A stretch of 64,000 nt of DNA, taken from contig JAICNB010000001.1 of NCBI GenBank assembly GCA_025928935.1, positions 18,326 to 82,325 of the forward strand. Direction: 5' to 3'. This DNA is from Acidimicrobiia bacterium (GTDB taxonomy: Bacteria > Actinomycetota > Acidimicrobiia > Spongiisociales > ZC4RG35). Each line of letters begins with the position of its first letter. The first letter of the stretch is position 1. Made by a program: the position numbers and the translations under genes. Below are positions 57,940 through 64,000 of the stretch, one piece after another. Under the pieces are notes generated by a model. It worked only from the letters and a program-made list of their open reading frames with translations. It was not told where the DNA came from and did not search any database.

Positions 57940-58938
57940 TCAGACCAGACCGGCCTCGGCGACGAGACGGGTGGCCACGTCGAGGACGCCGGCCAGCTCG
58001 CTGAGGTCGATATCCGGTGAGTTGATCTCGGACAGGGCGGGAACTCCTTCCGGCGCAGCCACCCTCTCCAGGAGGGGATATTCGAAGGTCTCGGTGGCGA
58101 AGTACGACTGGGCCTCTTCGGCGAGAAGGAAGTCGACGAATTGCTGCGCGCCATCCGGATTCGCCGTATCGGTGGTGATCGCGACCCCGGCCGGCATCAC
58201 CAACGACCCGACGTCACCGGCCGGGATGAACCAGTTCTCTGTGTTCGCACCTGCGCCTTCGGCGCGAAGCCGTAAGAGGTAATAGTGGTTGACCAGTCCG
58301 CCGGCCAGCTCGCCGTTGTCGGTTGCCTCGACGATGGGTGCGTTCCCGTCGAACTCCACAGGGTCGTTGGCGGCCAAGGCCTCGAGCCACGCACGGGTTT
58401 CGTCCTCGCCACGTTCGAGGATCATTGCCGAGACGAAGGCGAGAAACGAGCCATTGGTCGGGGCCACTCCGAGCTGACCGGCCCAATCGGGGCCGGTGAC
58501 GTCGTCGATCGTCGCGGGGAGCGGAACGTTCGAGCCGGTGTTGTGCGCCACGACACGCACCCGGCCCGAGGTGCCGACCCAGTGTCCGCCTCGGTCCCGG
58601 TACTTGGCGTCGACCAGGCCCAAGGTTGCCTCGGGCAGCTCGGTCATCAGATCCGCCACCGCCCCGAGAGATGCCGGATCCTGTGCGAAGAAGACGTCTG
58701 CCTCGGTGTCCCCCGCCTCGGCCAGCAACGTCGCGGCCAGCTCGCCGGAGTCTCCATATCGGACTTCCACCTCGATTCCGCTGGTGGTCTCGAAGTCCTC
58801 GATCAGGGGGGCCACCAGTTCCTCGGACCGGCCCGAGTAGACCACCAATGGGCCCTCGTCCGACCCGCCCTGGCCGCCGCATGCGACGAGGGCAACAGCG
58901 AGGAGCAGAGCTCCGGGGACGACCCTCTCCAAAGCCAA
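57940..58938 (-). CDS. ABC transporter substrate-binding lipoprotein (Fe3+-binding, FbpA/AfuA-like)
   Basis: Lipobox LVAC; about 330 aa type-2 SBP. Confidence 0.7.
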   Translation of the reverse strand: MALERVVPGALLLAVALVACGGQGGSDEGPLVVYSGRSEELVAPLIEDFETTSGIEVEVRYGDSGELAATLLAEAGDTEADVFFAQDPASLGAVADLMTELPEATLGLVDAKYRDRGGHWVGTSGRVRVVAHNTGSNVPLPATIDDVTGPDWAGQLGVAPTNGSFLAFVSAMILERGEDETRAWLEALAANDPVEFDGNAPIVEATDNGELAGGLVNHYYLLRLRAEGAGANTENWFIPAGDVGSLVMPAGVAITTDTANPDGAQQFVDFLLAEEAQSYFATETFEYPLLERVAAPEGVPALSEINSPDIDLSELAGVLDVATRLVAEAGLV

Positions 58939-59039
58939 CCTCCTGATTGTTAGCTACCTAACGAACAGGGGGAATCTAATTACCACTACGGCCATAGTGC
59001 AAAATGCCAGAAAGACGACTGTTGTGAGCCAGTCCGGGC

Positions 59040-59711
59040 TCAGGACCTGGCCCTATGGCCGGCGACGTGTCTCCCTCGGGGTGGGGTCGGAGCCTGGCGC
59101 TCACGGCCTCCGGCCCACAGTGAAAGCACTTCGAGTGGCGACAGCCCGTCCTCGTGCTCCCACATCACCCGCTCCGAGCGCGTCCCGGGACCGGGTCGCG
59201 TTGTAGCGGTGAACACGATTGGGCTGTGCTGCCCCATGACGGTTTCGGCCACCCTCGCATCGAGCGACTCGGCGGCTTCGACCTCCACGGTCAGCCCGGC
59301 CTGCGGATGGGCGAGGAGGTCCTCCGAGCGGGCGGGGTGGGCGGTGGCTGCCATCGCGCTGCCGATCCAGCCGGTCAGGGCACCCACCGCCATGCCCAGG
59401 GCGCCGTAGATGAGCCAATGACGCCCATCGAGCCAGATCACCGAGGCCAGGGCGGTCATCAGCCCCAGCCCGAGGGCGCCGGCGCCGGACGTCACGAAGG
59501 GGTGCTCGAAGAACCTGCCGGCGGGGTCGGGCAAAGAGGAGAGCGTCCAGGGCCCGATCGGGGCTATCACCCTGGGTCTGAGCCCTGCCTTCTCCAGATG
59601 ATCGACGACGACCCCGGCGGTGTCGGGGTCGGGGTAGGCGGCGCTGAGCGTGCTCAGCTCCTCGGAAGGCTCGGTGGACGCGGTCGGCGGGATGGACAGG
59701 TCGGAAGACAT
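59040..59711 (-). CDS. hypothetical membrane-associated protein
   Basis: Internal ATG at 59711 (MSSDLSIPP...) chosen; two hydrophobic segments; low confidence. Confidence 0.35.
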   Translation of the reverse strand: MSSDLSIPPTASTEPSEELSTLSAAYPDPDTAGVVVDHLEKAGLRPRVIAPIGPWTLSSLPDPAGRFFEHPFVTSGAGALGLGLMTALASVIWLDGRHWLIYGALGMAVGALTGWIGSAMAATAHPARSEDLLAHPQAGLTVEVEAAESLDARVAETVMGQHSPIVFTATTRPGPGTRSERVMWEHEDGLSPLEVLSLWAGGRERQAPTPPRGRHVAGHRARS

Positions 59712-59757
59712 CTCGGTCCTCGTGAGTGGTGGGTTGTTTACGCCTGAGCCGAACCGG

Positions 59758-60078
59758 TCAAACCCGGTCTGGGAAACCCGGCTTGGCCTCCGCATGATCC
59801 CTGCTCCGGGCGCCACGATGTAGCCGGCCCCCGGTGCGAGGCACATCGCTCGGGGGGAACGCACCGCGCAGCGTGACCGTCCCCTGGTCGATGTCGATGT
59901 TCACGGTAGCCATCGGCACCTCCCAGGACCTGGATTTGGCCTGCGTCTTCCTGGTGAGGCGACCCGATCGCATCGACACCGTGTCGGCCAGCGATCTCAC
60001 ACCATGGGCCAGAGCCCTTCGACGCCGACGCCCCTGGGAGCGGTCGAGGAAATAGACGACGCTGGCGCCGATCGCCAT
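59758..60078 (-). CDS. small membrane protein with BON-like domain (osmotic-shock/OsmY-like fold)
   Basis: MAIGASVVYFL TM, then ...MATVNIDIDQGTVTLRGAFP resembling the BON-domain consensus; the N-terminal part of the 161-aa ORF is rejected in favour of the Cys-rich ORF in another frame. Confidence 0.35.
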   Translation of the reverse strand: MAIGASVVYFLDRSQGRRRRRALAHGVRSLADTVSMRSGRLTRKTQAKSRSWEVPMATVNIDIDQGTVTLRGAFPPSDVPRTGGRLHRGARSRDHAEAKPGFPDRV

Positions 60079-60101
60079 TCCTCCGATCAGATTCAAACGG
60101 T

Positions 60102-60263
60102 TCACGACTGGTCGATCGCGGGGGCGTTCAGTCGGCTGGCGCGGCATGCCGCATGGTCGCAGCCGCAGAACCCACCCGTCATGGTCCCAAGCTCGCATGC
60201 CTCGCTGCAGAACTCGCCGCTTTCGGTGACCACACAGGTGCATGCATCATGCGCACATTGCAT
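60102..60263 (-). CDS. MymT-like small Cys-rich (copper) metallothionein, 53 aa
   Basis: MQCAHDACTCVVTESGEFCSEACELGTMTGGFCGCDHAACRASRLNAPAIDQS: 8 Cys + 2 His; CxH[DE]xCxC(R/V)V and CxCxHA align with mycobacterial MymT (TCSHEGCGCRV...CHCAGAG). Below the ORF-track size cut-off. Confidence 0.5.
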   Translation of the reverse strand: MQCAHDACTCVVTESGEFCSEACELGTMTGGFCGCDHAACRASRLNAPAIDQS

Positions 60264-60311
60264 CGGGGCTCCTGAGTCGATGTGAGGGGGCCATACCCTG
60301 CTGTCTGACCC

Positions 60312-61100
60312 TCAAAACCTACCCTCCCTCTCCAGGTCGGGGCTCCAGACCGCCCCTGCGTCGAGATCGGGGAATCCGGCGGGCTCGATGGTCGCCAGTG
60401 GAGTGATCGTGACGAAGTTCTTGGCGATCAGGGCCGTGTCGCTGGCCGGGTCGGTGCCGGCCGAAGACGACCCCACCACGAACTGGAGCTTCCGGTCGAC
60501 GACGTCGGCGTTGGCCACCCGGAAATAACCGAAGTCGTCGAGGTCGGCCCAATGGATGCCGTTGATCTCGCCGACCGGGACACCGGGGACGTTGATGTTG
60601 AGCACGTACGGCCCATGGCTGCGCCCCAAGATCCATCGGGCCGCCGAATGACCGACCTCCACTGCCGTCTCCCACTGCCACGGGTCAGACTGCGCGACAC
60701 TCACCGCGATGCCACGGCTGCGGAAGGTGCGCGCCGTCAGAGCGGCGCCCACGGTCCCCGAGTGGATGATCGAATGACCCGTGTTCATGCCGGCGTTGAC
60801 CCCGGAGACCACGAGGTCGGGGAACCGCCCGAACGCGCCGAGCGCAGCTGCCATCACAGCCAAACCTGGTGGCCCGGCGATGGTGTAGGCGGGGAACCCC
60901 CCATCCATCTCCGCTTTGGTCAGGTCGACCCCTTTGACCGGGTCGAAGCCGCCGATCCCGGTGCCGCTTCCCGACATGTCGGTCGCCGGCGCCGCCACCA
61001 CCACGTCGAAGTCTTCGGCCAGCTTGATCGCGAGCTTGCCGAGCCCGGGGGAATCGATTCCGTCGTCGTTCGTGACGACCACGCGTGGTAGGTCTGTCAT
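60312..61100 (-). CDS. surE: 5'/3'-nucleotidase SurE
   Basis: N-terminal VTNDDGIDSPG metal-binding motif; about 260 aa. Confidence 0.9.
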   Translation of the reverse strand: MTDLPRVVVTNDDGIDSPGLGKLAIKLAEDFDVVVAAPATDMSGSGTGIGGFDPVKGVDLTKAEMDGGFPAYTIAGPPGLAVMAAALGAFGRFPDLVVSGVNAGMNTGHSIIHSGTVGAALTARTFRSRGIAVSVAQSDPWQWETAVEVGHSAARWILGRSHGPYVLNINVPGVPVGEINGIHWADLDDFGYFRVANADVVDRKLQFVVGSSSAGTDPASDTALIAKNFVTITPLATIEPAGFPDLDAGAVWSPDLEREGRF

Positions 61101-62044
61101 CGCTGTGCCGGGATCAGGACTTCGACGGTCACCCTCTCGGCTAGTCGGGGGATCAGGTCGTCCGAGGCGCTGCCGAGCCCATGTCTCGTGACATTGGCCG
61201 CACCGGCCCCCGCGGCCAGCTTGAGCGATTCCTCGGGCCCGAGACCGCGACGCAGCGCCGCGGACAGACCCGCCGTCATCGAGTCGCCGGCGCCACGAAA
61301 GTCGACCGCCTCCAGTTCGGGGCCGGTGACCCGGTAGGTGACGCCTTCGATGCCGGCCAGAGCGGGCTGGGCTCCCCGGGAGATGACGACGTTGTCGGCC
61401 CCGGCAGAGCGGAGACGGTGCAACTCGGCCAGGGCGCTCTCCTCATCGTCCCCGGAGAGCCGACCGTCCTTCATGAGGTCCTCGTCGCTGACCTTGAGGA
61501 GGTCCAGCCGGCCCCCCTCGAGGTACGCATCGAGCTCCCTGCCATGTAGATCTCCGACGACGCGAACGTCCGCGGAGGACAGGTCGTGACCAAGACGCCG
61601 ATAGGTGTCGACGGGGACGATCTCGGTCGGCTGGCCGGTTATCACGACGACCTGCGAGGCGAGGGCGTGGTCGAGTATCGACCCGTAGGCATCATCGAGC
61701 TCATGTCGGGCCAGTGTCTGGGCCAGCGCCTCGGCGATCGGGCTTCGGTCCCCGGAGCGTCGGTCCTGGATGACGGCCGGCGAGCTCTCCTGAACCTCGA
61801 CCGGGCGGAGATCTATGCCCCACTGCTCGATGAGGTTCCTGAGCACGCCACCGGACTCCCCACCAACGGGGCCGCAGAGCAGGGGACTCTCCTTGAGATG
61901 ACGCAACATCCGCGCCACCCAGAAGCCCTGCCCTCCGGGGTGGATGTGGATGTCGTCCGGGGCATCTTCGGTGGTCTTCTCGATGGTTACGGTGAGAGTC
62001 AGATGAGGAGCGAATACTGCGATGGTGTGCTGGTCGGTGGCCAT
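61097..62044 (-). CDS. PfkB-family carbohydrate kinase (1-phosphofructokinase/tagatose-6-phosphate kinase-like)
   Basis: PfkB fold: GG motif near N-terminus (GGQGFWVA), C-terminal GAGDSMTAG (DTxGAGD-type) ATP site; start taken at the internal Met (MATDQHTIAV). Confidence 0.8.
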   Translation of the reverse strand: MATDQHTIAVFAPHLTLTVTIEKTTEDAPDDIHIHPGGQGFWVARMLRHLKESPLLCGPVGGESGGVLRNLIEQWGIDLRPVEVQESSPAVIQDRRSGDRSPIAEALAQTLARHELDDAYGSILDHALASQVVVITGQPTEIVPVDTYRRLGHDLSSADVRVVGDLHGRELDAYLEGGRLDLLKVSDEDLMKDGRLSGDDEESALAELHRLRSAGADNVVISRGAQPALAGIEGVTYRVTGPELEAVDFRGAGDSMTAGLSAALRRGLGPEESLKLAAGAGAANVTRHGLGSASDDLIPRLAERVTVEVLIPAQR

Positions 62045-62052
62045 GCGCGGAT

Positions 62053-62442
62053 TCAGCCTTCCCCTGAGCCTTCTCCCCCGATGCGATTGAAGCTCCACTC
62101 GCCGAGCCGCCACATGTCGTGCCCCCCGTGCTCTTCGAGGATATCTGCGACGTCGGCGGCCCGCTCGTCGTCGACATCGACAGAGATGACCGAGCGTCCG
62201 GCCTCGAGGGCCCGATCGAGGCGGTCCAGGATCCGCATCTCGTCGCCGAAGGCGATGGCGAGCCTCTTCACAACCGACGAAAGGCCAACTGACTCGTCTT
62301 CTTCATGGGACAGGTGGGCCCGTCCCTCCTGCCCGTGGAGCAGCTCCGCTTCGAATTGGCCGGTGGTGAGACTGACTAGCGCGGCCTGGGCGTCCTCCCG
62401 GCTGTCGATGATGGCGACGACTGTTCCGGTCAGCTCATGCAC
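62053..62442 (-). CDS. hypothetical protein
   Basis: 129-aa acidic protein, coding-like GC3; no recognised motif. Confidence 0.35.
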   Translation of the reverse strand: MHELTGTVVAIIDSREDAQAALVSLTTGQFEAELLHGQEGRAHLSHEEDESVGLSSVVKRLAIAFGDEMRILDRLDRALEAGRSVISVDVDDERAADVADILEEHGGHDMWRLGEWSFNRIGGEGSGEG

Positions 62443-62542
62443 GCCAACGGATCCCTTCTGCAGTGTGCCCTGATCGGGCCTCGGCCTTCAGGCCGGCACC
62501 ACCTACCCCAGGTCGGGGGCGCGCAAACCACGGATTGGAGAC

Positions 62543-63625
62543 TCAGCCAACGAGCAGCGGTATCTCCAACTCGTGCGGTTCGAGACCACCGTGATAGCCG
62601 TGCAAGCGCTTGTCGAAGCCGGGGGGGAGGAGCACCTTGCCCGGAGGGGCGAGGAGAAGGCCGTCACCGACGCGACGTTTGGCCTCAGGGCCGGAGTCGG
62701 GGCCGAGCAGGCCCAGCGGCTCCACCAACTCAGATCCGGTGACGCCGGCCAGGTCTTGCAGTATTGCCCGGTCCCCCCAGACCTGCACCCCACGGGGATC
62801 ACCAGCGAACCGAAGCCCGCGGAACTCCTTCTGACGGATCAGCACCTTGTCGATCTCGGCATACTCGATCAGACCGTGGTCGGCGGTGCCCAGAACCGTC
62901 ACATGGTCTGGGGCGGCGGAGGTGATCTCTTCCCAGATACGGGAGGCGACGCCGAGGGAATCGGCGAACTGGGAAGACTCGAGACCGTAGACGTGGCCGG
63001 CGAAGTCCACCGGCCAGAAGTAGGTGAAGATGAGTCGGTTCGGCTCCGCGGCCAGGGCCACTGTCGCCTCCACCAGGTCGCGATCGTCCCAGGTCGCCTC
63101 GAAGCGGGCGCCCCGGTAGGCAAGACGTGACAAGGGGCTCCTCTCGAAGGCGGCGGGCTGGACGGTCACCGGCTCGACACCGGCTCCACGCAACCTCTCC
63201 CACAGGTTGGGGTGGGGGAGGACCGAGGAATAGTCGTAGCTCACCGTCTCCCCGGAGAGATCCACCCACTTCAGGGTGTTGACCACGCGACCAACTTCCT
63301 CCAGCCAGGTGAGATGAGCCACAAGGCCGTGCCGGGAGGCGGGAAGACCGGTAGCGACCGTGGCCAGGGCGACGCTCGTCGTCGACGGGAATGGAGCGTG
63401 CAGGGTGGCTACATGCGATCGGCGTAGCGGTCCGGCCTCGTCACGGCCCAGTTGGGCCACTCCGAGACCGTCGAACAGGACCAGGACGTAGGACCCTGCC
63501 TCGGGTATCGAGGCGGCGATCCCCGGGTCGAGAGGAGGGGATGGCGCGGTCCCGATGAGCCTCGACTCGAGCTCTGCCATGAGGTTGACCAGTCCGCGGG
63601 AGTGGTATGAGGGGCCGTCCGCCAT
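62543..63625 (-). CDS. alkaline-phosphatase-superfamily protein (nucleotide pyrophosphatase/phosphodiesterase-like)
   Basis: FDGLG and TADHG metal-ligand motifs characteristic of the AP/NPP/sulfatase superfamily. Confidence 0.6.
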   Translation of the reverse strand: MADGPSYHSRGLVNLMAELESRLIGTAPSPPLDPGIAASIPEAGSYVLVLFDGLGVAQLGRDEAGPLRRSHVATLHAPFPSTTSVALATVATGLPASRHGLVAHLTWLEEVGRVVNTLKWVDLSGETVSYDYSSVLPHPNLWERLRGAGVEPVTVQPAAFERSPLSRLAYRGARFEATWDDRDLVEATVALAAEPNRLIFTYFWPVDFAGHVYGLESSQFADSLGVASRIWEEITSAAPDHVTVLGTADHGLIEYAEIDKVLIRQKEFRGLRFAGDPRGVQVWGDRAILQDLAGVTGSELVEPLGLLGPDSGPEAKRRVGDGLLLAPPGKVLLPPGFDKRLHGYHGGLEPHELEIPLLVG

Positions 63626-63685
63626 CGTTCAAGGCTAGGGCTGGCGGGGGGACTTTTAGCCGATGACAGTTGACGTTTCCAAACT

Positions 63686-63730
63686 TCGACCTGAAACCAC
63701 CCGTGCGTATACTCGCCCGCGGTGGTGTCC
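63686..63730 (+). promoter_or_regulatory. candidate sigma-70-type promoter for the second nuo operon (-35 TTCGAC, 17 bp spacer, -10 TATACT)
   Basis: aaacTTCGACctgaaaccacccgtgcgTATACTcgc about 30 bp upstream of the nuoA2 ATG in a lower-GC intergenic region. Confidence 0.25.
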
Positions 63731-63747
63731 TTTCGACCCTCACAGGC

Positions 63748-64000
63748 ATGAGCCCGTATTTTGAGAGCTATCTGACAGTCGGCGCATTCGCCGTGTTGGG
63801 GGCCATCCTGGTGATGGTCATGCTGGGGGTAGCCGCGGTCCTTCGCCCCTCCAATCCCACCACTACCAAGATGCTCACCTACGAGTGCGGGGTCGACCCG
63901 GTCGGGTCGGGCTGGAGCCAGAGCTACGTCCGCTACTACGTGTTCGGGCTCCTGTTCGTCATCTTCGACGTCGAGGCGGTGTTCATCTTCCCTTGGGCAA
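63748..64000 (+). CDS. nuoA: NADH-quinone oxidoreductase subunit A, second copy; 3'-truncated by the window edge
   Basis: MSPYFESYLTVGAFAVL...YECGVDPVGSGWSQSYVRYYVFGLLFVIFDVEAVFIFPWA: the canonical NuoA signature, distinct from the copy at 28311. Confidence 0.85.
   Translation, partial: MSPYFESYLTVGAFAVLGAILVMVMLGVAAVLRPSNPTTTKMLTYECGVDPVGSGWSQSYVRYYVFGLLFVIFDVEAVFIFPWA

Noticed and set aside
56380-58004. ORFs 56380..57873 (-) and 57108..58004 (+) across the iron permease gene
   Set aside because: Alternate-frame and antisense artefacts (Arg/Pro/Gly-rich) overlapping the two-domain ABC permease.
59758-60243. 161-aa ORF MHLCGHRKRR... as a single gene
   Set aside because: Its first 55 codons are an alternate frame of the better-supported MymT-like Cys-rich ORF (60102-60263). 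Only the distal part (from the ATG at 60078, BON-like domain) is kept, at low confidence.
1-64000. CRISPR arrays or IS elements with terminal inverted repeats
   Set aside because: No regularly spaced direct repeats and no transposase-like ORF were seen. The only repeat of note is the duplicated 5' end of the cytochrome c genes.

Overview
High-GC (about 68-70% by eye) chromosomal segment, Actinobacteria-like and plausibly Acidimicrobiia-type, dominated by core energy metabolism. From start to end the window holds the following. (1) The tail of a TPP-dependent 2-oxoacid/acetoin dehydrogenase E1 alpha/beta pair, followed by an alpha/beta-hydrolase. (2) A minus-strand operon: hypothetical, quinone oxidoreductase, PlsC acyltransferase, sulfite-oxidase-family molybdoenzyme. 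(3) A MoaD-like sulfur-carrier domain fused in frame to a polytopic membrane domain, an M23 (LytM) peptidase, an asparaginase-II-family protein, a YbjN-like protein, a secreted CAP-domain protein, a Clp1-like P-loop protein divergent from a DUF62 SAM hydroxide adenosyltransferase, and a small glutaredoxin-like gene. (4) A large respiratory supercluster. On the minus strand: a 494-aa polytopic membrane protein plus two paralogous membrane-anchored monoheme cytochromes c. On the plus strand: membrane protein, 2[4Fe-4S] ferredoxin, cytochrome b6, subunit-IV-like cytochrome b C-terminal domain, Rieske protein, diheme cytochrome c, small TM protein. The redox-sensing repressor Rex sits immediately beside this cluster. 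(5) Geranylgeranyl-reductase-family flavoprotein, HAD dehalogenase, LLM flavin oxidoreductase, a DUF222/HNH (13E12-like) endonuclease, and a DHFR-family protein. (6) A complete 14-gene complex I operon nuoA-N, interrupted between nuoD and nuoE by an antisense Tat-signal amidohydrolase gene. (7) A bactofilin-like-repeat/TM protein translationally coupled to nuoN. (8) A glycan-utilisation locus: GH3 beta-glucosidase, two ABC permeases, an SBP, a LacI regulator, and a GH51 arabinofuranosidase. (9) MoaA, a Fe(III)-type ABC transporter, and a small unannotated MymT-like Cys-rich metallothionein ORF. (10) SurE, a PfkB kinase, an alkaline-phosphatase-family protein, and the start of a second nuo operon (nuoA2). 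No rRNA, tRNA or CRISPR array was seen. Many long antisense and overlapping ORFs in the six-frame track are the usual high-GC artefacts.
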